Source of the DNA: Rhizaria sp. SCN 62-66
Lineage: Eukaryota
DNA: 64,000 nt
NCBI GenBank assembly: GCA_001724265.1
Contig: MEDY01000042.1
Location: forward strand, 248,001-312,000
Direction of reading: 5' to 3'
The position numbers and the translations under genes are program-made. Numbering within the stretch: position 1 is the first letter of the stretch; each line of letters begins with the position of its first letter. Shown piece after piece: positions 48,030-61,400 of the stretch. The notes below the pieces were generated by a model. That model was not told the DNA's origin. It did not search any database and was given only the letters and a program-made list of their open reading frames with translations.

Positions 48030-51000
48030 CGGTGTTTCTGGGACTACTGCCGCTACTGCTGCCGTTCCCGCAGCGACGGCTGCTCTTGATGCGGCTGCTC
48101 CGGCTTTGGCGTCGTTTCACCCGCCCAATTTTACCCAGCCTCAAATCGCGGCTGAGGCGTGCAGCGCTGGTGCCACTGCTGGCTTTGCGGGGATTATTGC
48201 GAAGGCGAAGACAAAGTCCAAGGCCAAGGCCAAGGCTGATACAAAGGGAAGTGACAGCGAGAGTGACAGTGATATCGATAGTGATGATGAAAGAGACAAC
48301 ATTGTCATTTCGCCTCAAATCAAGCGTTTCCGAAATATCACCAATATTGCCACAAACACGGATGCGAAGGCGATTGACGCGAAGACGACTGTATCACCAT
48401 CCAACACCATTCCGCTCATCGCCCAGTCTCCTCCGAAGACGACGACAACGGCGCAGACTTGCCCCGCAATCAAAGTTAAGCCGTACCCGACGTCACACAT
48501 CGCCGGTCTTCCCACTCCCGCGCTCGCGCCTCTGCTGCTGTGTGTCATCCGCGGCCTGACTTTCTGCCACTCCGCGCACGCCCGCGTCATTCACCGCGAC
48601 TTGAAGCCGTCGAACCTGTTGCTAACCCCGCAAGGCACGGCTAAGCTTGCCGATTTCGGCGTGTCCGGCCAGTTGAACCATACTTTTGACGCCCGGCAGA
48701 CATTTCTCGGCACTTTGTCGTATCTGTGTCCGCAGCGCGTACAGGGCCAGGCGCACACGGGCGTTACTGATGTGTGGGCCGTGGGCCTGATAGCTTTCGA
48801 GGCCGCCGTGGGCGCGTTTCCGTACGTGTGGGAGAATGCGCTCAAGGCTGTGGAACAGGCGGAGGCGGAGGCGGAGGCCGCCGTTGCTGCTGAGGCCGCT
48901 GCTGCCGCCGCTGCCGCTGCGGAGGGTCTCGGCGTTAAGGTTGAGGTCGTAACGGATGCAGCGGTGACAAAGTCTGAGACCGATGTCAGTGATCCTAGTG
49001 TCATTCCAAACGCAAGTGACACAGCAAGTATCAGCAACGAGACAAGTGGTCACATCGTCAAGACTGAAACTTTTGCCAGCGATGCTCTCATCAACAAGCC
49101 CAAGCCCAATCCCGCTCTTGCTATCGACACCAGCGCGAACGCCAACACGTCCAACGCCGCCCAGAATATTACCACGAACTTGGCATCGAGCAACGCGCAC
49201 CTCAGCAGCCATAGCCACAACAGCCACGTCCACACCAACATCAGCAACGCCTCCGGCGCTGCTGCCGGCGGCGTCGGCGGCGGCGCCAACGCGAAGCCCG
49301 TCAAGAGCACGTCCTTCTTTGCGATCGTGACGGCCGTCGTCATGGAGCTGTCGCCCGCGCTGGCGCCGCCGCTGGTGCCGAGGGCGTACGCGCACTTCAT
49401 CGCGGTGTGTCTCAGGAAGAGGCCGAACGAACGGCCGACCGCGCAGTCGCTGCTTTCGCATCCGCTGTTCCTGACTGGCAGCAACAGCAACAACAAGACG
49501 AGTACTACACCCACTAGCGTTCCTTGCATTGGGAACAGCAGCTCTAGCGCGACTGCTAACGCGGTCACGAGTGCAAGTGCTGTAACTGTCTGTGCGAGTG
49601 CGGGTGCGACTCTGCTTACGCAGCAAGAGTTGCTGGTAGAGTGGGGCCGGCGTATCCACGCTCAGGGCAGGCGAATTAACTTCGAGCAAGGAGTTGCGTT
49701 GGCGAAAAGTAAAGCCGCAGCTGCCGCGCAGACGGCAGTCGCGATGTCTGAAAACAACCACAGTACTAGCTATGACAGTCTTATCGACTTTATGTCTAGT
49801 TTTACGCCGGAGTTTGTTCCCTGCAATAGCTGTACTGTCCAGTCGCCGCATTATGCGCTGCCCCCGCGCCCGTTAATTCAGCCGCGCGACATAGACCCCT
49901 TAGTCACGCTCCTTCTTACATCCCACAAGAAGAGCCGAGGCAAGAGTGCGGGCAAGAAGGCTCTGAGCGCCAACACGAAATCTCCCGGCGGCGCTGCTGG
50001 TGTAAGCACTCCGCGAATTGTAAGCGGCATGGATCTAAGTACCACGGGTAGAGTCTCTGCTTTCTCACGCGTTACCCCAATCATCACACCCCCGAAACCG
50101 AGCTACGTGCACTTAAGCAACAACAACAACTCGCACAGTGCTCTGGACAACAAGCCTGATGATAACGATCACGATGACGACGATGGTGATGACGATGGCA
50201 GTGCCGCCGTTGATGGCGTTACCGGTGACAATGAAGTCTTGCCGCCAAATCTCTCTTCGCTACGTACGCCTTTGCTCTCTCTTATCGCTGCTTCTGACGC
50301 TGCCCGCGCCGCCGCCGCTGCGGCTACGGCCGTGGCCGCGTCTGCAGCGGCCGCCGACGCGCGCGTGCGTGCTGCGCACGTGTTTGTGTACGGCGCCAGC
50401 GAGGCTGCACTCACAGCGGTACGCGAGGTACTTAAATCCCCATCGAAGTATCTCCATGTGAGCCACTCAGACGTATGTAAATACTCTGAGAGTGTCGTTG
50501 CTGCGGTTGTTAGCGCAGCTGCAAGTGGTGCCAAGGTCTACTGTGAGAGCAAGTGTTCATGGAGCGTAGCCGTTTGGCCCGGGGTTGAGTCTTTGGCGTG
50601 CATTGCGTGGGAGAAAGTGCACGACAATCATCACAACAACAACAACGGGGTCACCGAGAGCGGTACCAACGCTGCGAAGGCAGCACTGGGCGCTCGCAGT
50701 GATGCTGTCGCAGTCTGTGATAGCACTGTATACTCACGGCCACTTGTGGCAGTCCCCGGGTGGATGTCATACTGCGACGCTGAGGCCGAGGCCGATGCTG
50801 AGGCGGCTACGGTGGCGGTGGCTAAGGCGGCTGTGCTGGAGTTTGTCGCGGGTCTTAAGGCTGCAATGACGACAGCAGTCGTGACGATTTCTGCACAGAC
50901 TGATGTAGAGGCTGCTTTAGCTCTCATTTGTGCATCTGTGAACAACTTTGTCAGGGACTACACTGACGACAGCGCGTCAAAAAGGTCAAGTAGCGCCATT

Positions 51001-52650
51001 GCCATTGCCAGTGCTGGCGCCAGTGCTAGTGCCGCGAGGGCGAGTGTGCTGAGCGCAACGTTGCCTTCCTTGCATCCCGACTCTGAGTGCTACTTCCGCG
51101 ACAGCGACGCCTACTCCGACTGCGAAGCTGAGTCTGCCTCGGGGGACAAACCCGAGTGCGAGTGCGCGAGTGAGTATCTCTCGAGTAACAATGCTAGTGC
51201 CAATGGCATTACGCAGCAGCAGGCTAAGCGTGACTGCAAGTGCGAGTGTAAGTGGTTGACGTTGGTTCCGACTGGTGTCGGTACTTACAAAGACTACTTT
51301 GTGATTCACAACAGCAACGTCATTGCGACGACCAACACTGGTACGAATGCTAGTTCTCCTGGTGTTGTTACGCTAGGGTTCAACTCCGCACACAAGTCTC
51401 CACTCCCACATGCGCAGCCGCAGCAGCAGTCCAGCTCACAGTCACTTTTGCCTTGCTCACGATCGCAGCCACAGCTGTACGACGGCGTCGACCCGGCGCG
51501 GCCTGACTTATGGGTGCAGGCGCGGCTTAACTTCGAGACTCACCCGTTCACGTCATATCTTTCGACGATATTCTCCTCTGGTGGCACGCACGCTCACAGT
51601 CACAGTCATGGCCTTATGCATTCAAGCAACACAGGCACACATGCGAACGCTAATCCGATTATCCACAGTGGTAGCAGTGCCAGCAAGCGTAGCTACTCCC
51701 AGATCTCGCCGACGAACGCTGCCAACTACCATTCCACGGCCAGTGGGAACCCGGGTCATAACGCGGGCAAGGCGAGTGTTGTCGGCGCAAGTTCTGTGGG
51801 CAAAGGCGGTGTGACAATCACACTGACCCCGACGCCGACCTCGATGCATAAGAGCAGCGCGAACGCCAGTTCACACGGTGCTCGAAGCGCAAACATGGGC
51901 TCTGGAGCTAGCCTTGCTGATAGCGGTATTGAGATGGAGACTGACTTTGACGACGACTATCAAAGTGCACCCGCACCCCGGTCAAGCATTCCAGCTACCG
52001 CCAGCACTCCTGTCGGTGCGAGGGCTGCTGCTGCTCTTAGCAGTAGCGCAATCTCAAGGTCTAGCTCAAGCGCCGCAGTGACTGCGAATGTTGGAGAGGT
52101 TTCAACCGTTGGTGATACTGGCAGCGGCATTGAGATGGAGGACGATATTGACGTGTTTTTCAGTCCTGCGCATATCCGCGACAGCAACACCCCGAGTAGC
52201 AGCAATACCACCTGTGCTGTCTCAGTGAACAGAATGAGTAGCGATCACGCGCATATCCTGGGCGCGCAGGCTGCCACTGGCATCTCATTCGTTCCAGTTT
52301 CTATTGCCCACGGTCACTCTGAGCAGCTGCAAGCCAACACCGCGAGTATTGGCGTCAATGCTGGTGACTGTTCTTTTAGCCACAACGATGATCGCGGCGC
52401 CACTGCGGCCGGCGCTAGCGCTGAGAGCGACAACGCTGCCAAGGCCGCCGCCGCAGACCGCCACGATGTGGACGACGTCGACGACGATGACGATGCTGGC
52501 GTATTCGCGAGCATTGACAGCATATTTGCGTCTGTTGGTGGTATGAGTGATAGTGATGACGACATCGGTCGTAGTAGTGATGATGCGAGGGAAAGCAACA
52601 CTGCCAACAACGAACACGTGCATAATGCAGGCGCAAGCAAGCGTAAGTAA
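42724..52650 (+). CDS. MAP kinase kinase (STE7/MAP2K-like), intronless, 3308 aa, with the kinase domain split by large inserts
   Basis: N-lobe motifs LGHGASGSV, LAVK, QELLAL and SIAMEVVSGGTL lie at 44030-44500. C-lobe motifs IHRDLKPSNLL, KLADFGVSGQL, TFLGTLSYLCPQR and DVWAVGL lie at 48500-48830, and FIAVCLRKRPNERPTAQSLLSHP at 49390-49470. DFGVSGQL is characteristic of MAP2Ks. Confidence 0.88.
45081..45123 (+). repeat. (AGC)n coding microsatellite giving poly-Ser inside the kinase insert
   Basis: CAGCAACAGCAGCAGC... run. Similar AGC/CAG/GCC/AAC runs are scattered through all the giant ORFs. Confidence 0.85.
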
Positions 52651-53020
52651 CACAATGCTTGCAGCTCTGGTGTTTGACCGAATTAGCACATTCAATCCTA
52701 AAGCTTTTTTACATATATTATTTTGATACTTTAGCTGCATTTAATTGCGTATATCTAGAATCAGAGCTCATGTATACACATTGATGTTGATTACAACACT
52801 TCCACACAGCTTTTGGTTTGACACCCCAATTCTAACTAACAATAATATCACGTTAAAATCGTCCGGAATTGTTAAGATATTGCGATTGAAATGATTTATA
52901 CACTGGAACAATAACTTGCTCAAGTTTGGCGTGTACGGTCAAGTGTTAGCTCTGCTATATCCATGTAAATGTGCGATTGTGTAGCTTTGCTCCCCATGGT
53001 CCCTGTTTGAGTCGCAGAAA

Positions 53021-53028
53021 TTTCGCGC
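53021..53028 (+). promoter_or_regulatory. E2F-like site TTTCGCGC upstream of HIRA
   Basis: Matches the TTTSSCGC consensus, ~240 nt before the HIRA ATG. It is a short motif and could be chance. Confidence 0.3.
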
Positions 53029-53260
53029 GGGACCTCCTCGAAAAGAATCTTCATGCATGCTATATATCATCTGTCAACCAAATTGAATTTGATTCATAGC
53101 ATAATATACATGGAGATCTCGTTGAAATTCTTTTTAAACTCATGTTTCAATCTTGTATACACCACGAATTTCCTGCTCTTTTCCAGTCATCGCCAAGCGC
53201 GCAGATTAACCTTAACCTCCTCTCTCCTGACCCTCACTAGTGGTCCCATACGGCTCCCCC

Positions 53261-56200
53261 ATGAACACTGGGCCTTCCGCTGGCAGCAGCTCTGCTTCTG
53301 CAGCTGTTGCCGTTCCAGTCGTAGTTAGGAAGAAGGCTCCCCGCGTGATCGCGCCCACGCTCGTGACGACGACCACTACGTCCCTCCCTTCGGCTGCGCC
53401 GCAGCTCGACAACAACGGCCACTTGAGCTCCGCAGTTGAGCCGAATGCAATTACGAACGCTGCTGTAGCTCCCCATTTTAATCAGAGCTTGGCTCCTGCG
53501 AACGCTATGACTGACTCTGACGCGTTCGGCAACAACGCTGCATTCGCAAGCGATGACAAAAGCGCTTTCGACTCGAGCTCTCACGCCAACGTCAACATCG
53601 ATGCTGCGAGTACCAGTTACAGTCTCAAGCGCCCTGCTCCCGCAGACGCCGCTGGACAGATGGCCGACAATGACCAGGAGCAGGAACAAGATCAAGAACC
53701 AGAAGGGAAAGACGACGATAATAACGATTTTGACGGTGGCAACGCCGCCGCCGCTGAAGACGACGACGAAGAGGAGGCAGTCGACCCAGTGGTTTTCGGC
53801 ACTCCCATCACCGCCACAAGCGCCGCTGACCTCTCCATGATTGTCTCCGCGCCGTGGCTGCGGCACACGCTGCCGGCCGAGGCGGGTGACGACGGCGCCG
53901 GCGGCTTCGGCTCTGTGGTCGAGCAGGGCAGGGTCACGTCGTCGCATTTCCACCCCGATGGCTCCAAATTCGCCACGTGCTCCTCTGGTATGCTAAAGCT
54001 CCTTTTAAATTTTCAGAATAAGCTTATTTGAATCTTGCCCTTGATCTTATGCTAGAACGATTATATCTTAACTCACATTCACTTTGTTATTGATTCGCAC
54101 TACAGATAAAACCGTGCTGGTATGGTCCGCTGCCCCTCTGTACTCAATCGACAGTGAAGAGGACCCCAACGTCCCGCGCCTGCTTGCACGCATCGCTCTG
54201 CCCCACGCGCCCAACTGCGTGCGCTTTAGCCCCGACGGCGCGCTGCTCGCGGTCGGGTTAGAGTGCGGCCCCATCCACATCTACACACGCGTCGCCACGG
54301 GAGCTAACGGCAGCAGCAGCAGCAGCACGCTTGTCAAAGGGCCCGGGTTTGGTTTCCGCTCTGGTAGCGCCGACGCTGGCGCTGGTAGCGAAGACAAGAC
54401 TGTGTACTCCGAGGAATACCAGTGCGTACACGTGCTCACGCGTCACCAAAACCACGTCACAGACCTCACCTGGGCGCCCACCAACGCCTTCCTTGCCTCG
54501 TCGTCGCTCGACTCTACCGTGATCATCTGGACCCTCGCCACGGCCGCGCCCGTCGCAGTGCTGCGCGGCCACCGCGGCTGGGTCGTCGGTGTCTCGTGGG
54601 ACCCGCTGAACCAATACGTCGCGTCGCTGGACGACGTCGGCGCCGTAATCGTGTGGTCCGTCAGCAACAGCGGCAGCGACTGGTATCGTGTCGCTGCTTT
54701 CTCGGCAAACACAGCCGCCGCATTGGACCACGAATGCAAGCCGCTTACTCCCGAAGTCAAGCCGCAAACGGCGACCAGCAGCAGCAGCAGTAGTGGCGCG
54801 TCGAGTGCTGCCACAGCGGGTGCCAACGCCCAGGCGCCCGCTGTGACTGTGGTCGAGGAAGACGACGACAAAGCTCTCCGCGGCACCGCCGAGATCTTCA
54901 CCAAGGTTGCCCTCGGCCGGCTGTCGTGGTCGGCCGACGGCGCCGTGCTGGCCGTGCCGCGCGGCGCCCGCAGCAAGGCACCCATCGCGCTATGTGTGCA
55001 CCGCGGCTCGTGGGTCCCCGCCTCGCAGTATGTCGGCCACACAAAAACGGTCACTGTGGCGCAGTTCTCGCCGCGCATGTACACCAAGACGGCCAAAACG
55101 GCCACAATCTCGCCTGATACCCCCACGGGCAGCCAGTCAAGCAGTGCAAGCTCCACGATCGACAGCAGCAGCAGCGCTAGTGGAGGCGCAACGATGCACA
55201 CGTTCTGCGTTTGCGGCGGCAGCGACGGCGCGGTCTCGGTCTGGTCGACGCTCTCGCAGCGCGCCGTGCTGGTTATCCCCGCCGTCTCCACACTCCTGGA
55301 CATCTCCTGGTCGCCCGACGGCCTGGCCATGCTGTTGACGGGCGTGCACGAGCGCGTGTTCGTGCGCCTGAGCACCGCGGACGCGGGCCGGCCCGTGCCA
55401 CCGCACGCGCTGCGCGCCGCGCTCTGCACCGTCTACGGCACGGCGGCCGTCGCGGCGGCGGGCGCGGGCGTGGTGGGCGGCGCGGTGCTGCCCGAGAGCC
55501 AGGCCGCGGCCAGGAGGGCCGGCGCCGCAGCCGTGCTCGGCGCCGCCTTACCGGGCGCCAAAGTGCTATCAGACTCTGTCGTGACGCTCACACGCGCCAA
55601 AGCTAGTGGTTCTGCCTCTAAGGGCACGGCTGGTGCGGGCGCTGGGACGCAGGCGCTGGCGAGTGTGTTTGGCCCTTTGGCGAAGAAGTCAAAGCAAACG
55701 GCCCATCACGGCGACGCGAGTGCAGGGAGCAAGGCAAAGGGTAAGGCTAGTGCTGCGAAGGATGATGATGGCGAGGAGGAGGAAGATGAGACTGATGTTA
55801 TGCTCCCTAAGCCTACCGTCACCAGTGGCAGCAGCGTCAACCTGAGCACAAATAACATTAGCACTGTTCGCAGTAATGCCACCGGGTTCGTTGGTCGTTT
55901 AAGTGGTGTTCCCAGCGGAAACGTCAGCGACATTGTTGCTGCGTTGGCCGCAGCTGCGCAGTCACCAGCACTTGCGAGTGCGCTGAAGCAGGCGCTGGCA
56001 CCGCTTTTCGGCCAAGGTAACATCACCAGCGACGCCTTTAACAGGAACACTGTCACGGCACCGCTCGCGTTCTCACTTCCCATTTCCAACACGAACGCGA
56101 GCGACAGCAGCACGAGCAGGAGCGCGACCGCGGGCGTGAGCGCAAATGGCAGTGAGACCGATGGAGTCACGTCTGCGACAGCTGCCACGGCTGTAGCTGC

Positions 56201-58184
56201 GGCTGCGGCGGCCGTGGCGTTGCCTGCCGCTGCCGACGCTGTCAGGCGCATCACAAAGTCCGGTCTTTGTCCTCTGTTACCAGCAGTCTCCGCCCTGCCT
56301 CTTTCAAACAACGCCGCTGCAAGCAGTTCTGTCGGTACAGTCAGCAGCGCTCGCTCCAACCGTAGCACCGTGACGATTCCTCTCGCCTCTGACGGCACAA
56401 CGAGTCACAGCCACTTGCTCTCGTCGCTGCTGCAAGTCGCAACAACGGCGTTGACGAGTGCGGCCAACGCAGCGAACGCGGCCAGTGTGAGCGGCGCAAG
56501 CGCTAATGCCAGTGCAGGTGGCAATGGTGCAAGTGCAGGCGTGTCGTCCTTCACCGTGAGCGCTGACCGCGTCAGTACTTCGAACAAGTCTAAGAGCCTT
56601 GCTGTCATATCCAAGCATACGAGCGCGAGCCCAAGCTCAGAAGCAAGCGATAGCTTCATTGTTACTCTGACCGCGACCTCGGACACCACAAATGGCGCAA
56701 GCAGTAGCAGCTCGACTTCGAGCTCCAGCGCGAGGGACACAGCTACTAAGGCCGTGACCGTGCCTCTGTGGTCGCTGCCGTTTGCTGGTGTGCCAGTCGC
56801 CGTTGTTGCGGATGCTTCTGCGATTGTTGTTGTCACCAAGTCCTCCCCAAGCACGAACTCGAGTAGCTCGACTGCGAATGATGATAGCGCTGCTGTTTAC
56901 TCAGCGCTATTTCTTGACTTGTACGGCTCGCCTTTGCTCCCGCTTGTCTCGCTGCCCGCCGCTGTCGCTGCGGTTTCGCTTTCGCCTCCATTGCACTTAG
57001 AGGCAGGTAGCACGCACCAACACAGTCGTGTCGCCGTTATTCTGACTGATGGCGAGGTCATGACTTGGTCGTTGCCGACTTACCCGCTTGTCCCGCATGC
57101 ACTTGCATCGGCATCATCGAGCTCTTCAAGCAGTAACGTCTCACTGTTATTGAAGAGCTCCATCCGACACTTGCTGCTGCCGCTTACATCCTCGAATGAT
57201 TCCGCTATGAGCGTGCTGCGTACTGCGTCTGGGAAGGGTGGCTTGAATCTGAACACCCCCTTGGCCAGTGTGAACAGCGTCGCATGTGGCTACACTGCTG
57301 AAGGTGTTCTCACAATCACGATCACGCCTAGTAGCACAATTCCGACTACCAGCAGCAGCGCGACTAGTTCGACGGCTGGTCTCACTTCTGCTGCGGCTAA
57401 GCCGGCGACTGGCGCTGTTGTCGGTGCGAGTAGCTATGCGTACAGCCTGAGCCAGAAGCAGTGGGTTCTGGTCGCCTCGCCAGCCAAGTCAACACCGGCG
57501 TCTCTGGTCACTCTCTACCACGCGAGTGGCAGCGCGCACGCTGGCGCGAGTCATGTCAGTGCGCACGGTCTCTCGTCTTCGGTGCGCGACACGAACTACC
57601 ACTTCGCCAGCGCAAGCACCGGCAACACGAGCACACTGCAGCGTTTCATCACTTTCGCCACCGCGCACAGCACGGCCACTGCGAATGCGGCCGCCAGTGC
57701 GAGCGCGAATGCGAGCGTGATCGCAGCTGCCACCGCGGCGGCCGCCGTGACCCCCGGCGTCGGCTCCCTACTTGCAGTGCAGACGCTGGAGGAGCTCCTC
57801 GCTTCAGCGCTGCTGCTGCGGAGCCTCCGCGACTACCGTGTCGTGCTGCGCGCGCTCGTGCTGGAGCTGGTGCGCCGGGCTCCGCACGTCCCGTTCGTGC
57901 TCGCAAAGCTCATGCGGCTCGTGGACGCGTACACGCCGGGGACAGAGACCGCCGCGATCAATGCCAGTGCTCTCTCCGCGAGCGCCAACCCGACCGTTGT
58001 GAGCAGCGATGGCGCTGTGGGAGAGTTGCTTGTGCTGGGGACGCCGCGGCTTGACTTTCTGCGCTTTGATATCTTGCCTGCTGTGGCGGCTGCGCCCTCG
58101 CTGGGGCCAATGGCAGAGGCACTTACGGCTACGGTGCAGCGGCTGCTTGCGAGCGTTAATCAAGCGACAGCAAACAAGGTTTAA
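53261..58184 (+). CDS. HIRA: Histone H3.3 chaperone HIRA/Hir1; exons 53261-53987, 54106-58184, ~1601 aa
   Basis: N-terminal WD40s: HFHPDGSKFAT, NCVRFSPDG, HQNHVTDLTWAP...LASSSLDSTVIIW, GHRGWVVGVSWDPLNQYVAS, RLSWSADG, LDISWSPDG. The C-terminal Hira-like helix is TLEELLASALLLRSLRDYRVVL. The phase-1 intron GTATGC...TACAG restores SSDKTV. Confidence 0.85.
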
Positions 58185-58473
58185 ATTATAAATCGCGTGG
58201 CCGTTACGATTGTTTGCAAATATTATTTTGTTATATAGAAGTATTTACGTTGTCCTTTTCGGGGCAAAATACATTTTCAACCGTAAGCACAATAGGACGA
58301 GCTTGTAGTTACCGTTATGGACGTAAAGACTAATGACAATACGTGTGTATTTCGTGTAAACATTGTTGTAAATTTAGATATCATGACTCGTGTATCGAGG
58401 AACTATGTACAAAGTAGATATTGAAAGATCGGGGGAATATTGCAATGAAGATGTGTTTGGCATGGTTGATGTG

Positions 58474-61400
58474 TTAAAAACTATTCAACAGTGCACGGTC
58501 GCTATCACCAAGCATCGAGCGGATCCTGCGGCGGGAACTCTTGGACGTTGATGCAGGAGTGTCAGCATAAACTTCGCTTGCAATAATAGTATTGGCGGTG
58601 TTACTGCCGCGAGCTGACATGTGCTGCTCCTGCAACAAGGTGCAAAGAGAGTCAGTCAGCTCATTGTTCGTGCGCGCGCTTAGACTGTTACTGATGACGT
58701 CAGTGACATAATGTGAGGCCGCGAGCGTGAGAGCAGATGCCGCTTCTGACAGCGTCAGGGCAAGCACGGGCTCGAGCTTCATCTCAGCTACACTGAGGTC
58801 ATCGTTGAAAGTGTCAAGGCCCTGAGCACCAGCGTTCGTGTTGTTAGGAACGATGTGATGACAACACGAAGCCAAGAGTTGTGCCTCAAAACTAGTACTG
58901 TTCGATTGACCGTTATTGTAGTCACTCGTGACTGTCGTTGGCGCAAGTGAGCTCGGGTTCGAAGCCACAGTGAGCATCACGTGGTGGTTAGAGCCCCGCA
59001 ACATGGCGCTGGTCGCGTAACGAGATACAATCAACGGGCAGAACCCAAACATGCGCGTGTACACGTGGCTCAGTGGGATGTGTGAGTCTAGGCTTGTGAA
59101 ACTATTTGCAAGGAAGTGACTTTGAAGCGCAACATGCTGCAGGCCACGAATCAGGCCCTGACCGACACCAGACGACACAGAAGCGACCCCATGGTTGAGG
59201 TTTAGACTCAAAAGCGACTGAGTGACGCAAGCATCGTGGGGGGAGCTGATCGTGTCTAGAGCGGCTAGACTAAGCGTGATTGTGACGCTGCGTAGTGCTG
59301 TCTCGAAACCGTCCAACGCAGACATACGCCCCTTTGCACTGAGAGCATCAGATACCACGGTGCTGGAAGTAGAGAAGAGCGAAGGCTCGATTTTGACGGC
59401 CCTTGAGCGCGTCTGAGACTGTGAGAATGATGATGAAGATAAGTTCATCGCCGTTTGCGACGCTTGGCTCGACGTATTCATGGGGAACACCGCGGGACTA
59501 CCACCGTTCGTCGAGTTGGTGCTGTCGTTATTATGGTTGTTATTCGTATTGAGAAAGTCCATGTCCGGCCCTTTCTGGCTGTCAGTAAAGTTGTAGCCTT
59601 CGTTCACATCGTTCAAACTTAGGGGAAGCGAGTCACCGTTTGCATGCACAAAACTGTTGTTGTTTGCCATATTATCTTCAACAAACAGACGTTGCGTAAG
59701 AGAACCCGACATAGATTGCCGATCACGCTGCTGTTGCATGTAAACTTGATCTTGAGACGATAATAGCGAGTCGCTTAGATTGACAGGGCTGAAACTGTTG
59801 AGATATCGGATGCTGGTGGTCTTCTCAATGACGAGCCTAGCATCCAGTGCGGTGTTGATAGCCTCATTAACTGCCTTTGAACTGCCATAGTCCCACGAAT
59901 AGCCGTTTTCATCACTGCCAGTACTGCCAGGCGCTGCACCACTAGGCTGGAGGATCTGGTTGCCGTAAGTGCTCTGATAACCACTGATATATGCACCACT
60001 TCCTTCCAGTGCAAACTTAGAGCGAGGCAAGGTTACCGCTGCCGCTGCTGGCAAAGCAGACGTTTGCAGAGACAGTGGGCCTGTTGCATCTGTAGCCACA
60101 GCACTCGCTGCAACAGCTCCTGCCACATTCGCAGTCGGCAGCTGCGATACCGGCTTCGGTGTCGGCAGCAGCGCAGTGTAGTCGCTGAGCGTGTAAGGGG
60201 CATCCGGAAGATCTAAGTACCTCAGTGCTGCGGCACGGCGGCGGTGGAGCTGCGCAGTTGCACTTGAGAAGAGCAGCGCGGACCTGACAGCTGCAGCACT
60301 GACATTCGTCGCGACTGCGCCGCCGCTCGGGACGTTTGGCTTCGCACGGAGAGAGATAATAATGTGAACCGACTTTTGCTGAGAAGCATTCGCACATGTG
60401 GGAGCAAGGTCGGTTTGCGACTGCGAGGAAAACAATACTGTTAGGTCAGGTAATAAACACCAGACGGGCACAGACGCAGCAGCACTTGCAAGCCACGTCT
60501 TATCGAGCTCACTGTCACTTGCCTGTTGCCGCTTCTGCTGCAAGGCTTTGTGATGTAGCAAGAACATCGAGAGAGGAACTGCAGCTGGACGAGAGACCGC
60601 ACCAGCACTCGCGCTGCTGTCTTTGCCGTTATTGCCGCCCAAGATAGCAGCTGCAGCCGTGACCGCTGCGAGCGCTGCCTTAGCAGTTACGCCCCACACA
60701 GTCCTGGCGTCGGGCAAGTTGTCCGACAGCACGCTCACAGCAGCCGTGTCGGCAAACTTAGACGATGAAGAATCATCCGACTTCATCTTCATACTGTGGG
60801 CGTCATCGTCGGAGATGTTCTGACACTCGAGTGAGTCTACGCCGAAGAAGAACTTTGCGAGCGCGGGTGCAGTCGACAGAACGGAGCCAATGGTTGCGGT
60901 GATAGGAACATTCACAGTGAGCGTCGCCGGCGTCGACGGAAGAACACTAAAGCTCTTCTTTAATTGCAAACTAACTCCAGCGCACGTACTAGTCAGAGTA
61001 GAAGGAAGTACGAACGTAATATTGACGGGAATGTGTGTCCGCAACAGACTGGCGCCACCCATAGAGCGGCCGTGAGATGCGAGAGTGATCAAGTGCACGT
61101 GTGAGTCGGCGCGAAGGTGGGGGCACCGGAGTAGCGGCAGAGACTGGCTCTGCTGCCAATGCAAACGCGAGTGCACGCAGGACAGAAGTGAAAGTAGACG
61201 GTGATGTTTAACCTTGTCGAGAGGGGCGCTGAGATCAAGCAGTGTGCTGAGAATTGCCGGAGAGATATCTCCAAGACGTGACACGGGAGCAGCAGTGGCA
61301 ACCAAGGCCACAGTGGAGCTAGTCACTGTCGTGGCAGAAGCCGGCTTCTTCTTGTAAATCGACCCGGGCGCACTCGGCACAGCTTCGACAGCAGCGACAG

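Noticed and set aside
44500-48505. Intein or transposon as the source of the kinase insert
   Set aside because: No intein splice-junction or homing-endonuclease motifs and no transposase or reverse-transcriptase motifs were seen. The composition matches the other low-complexity inserts.
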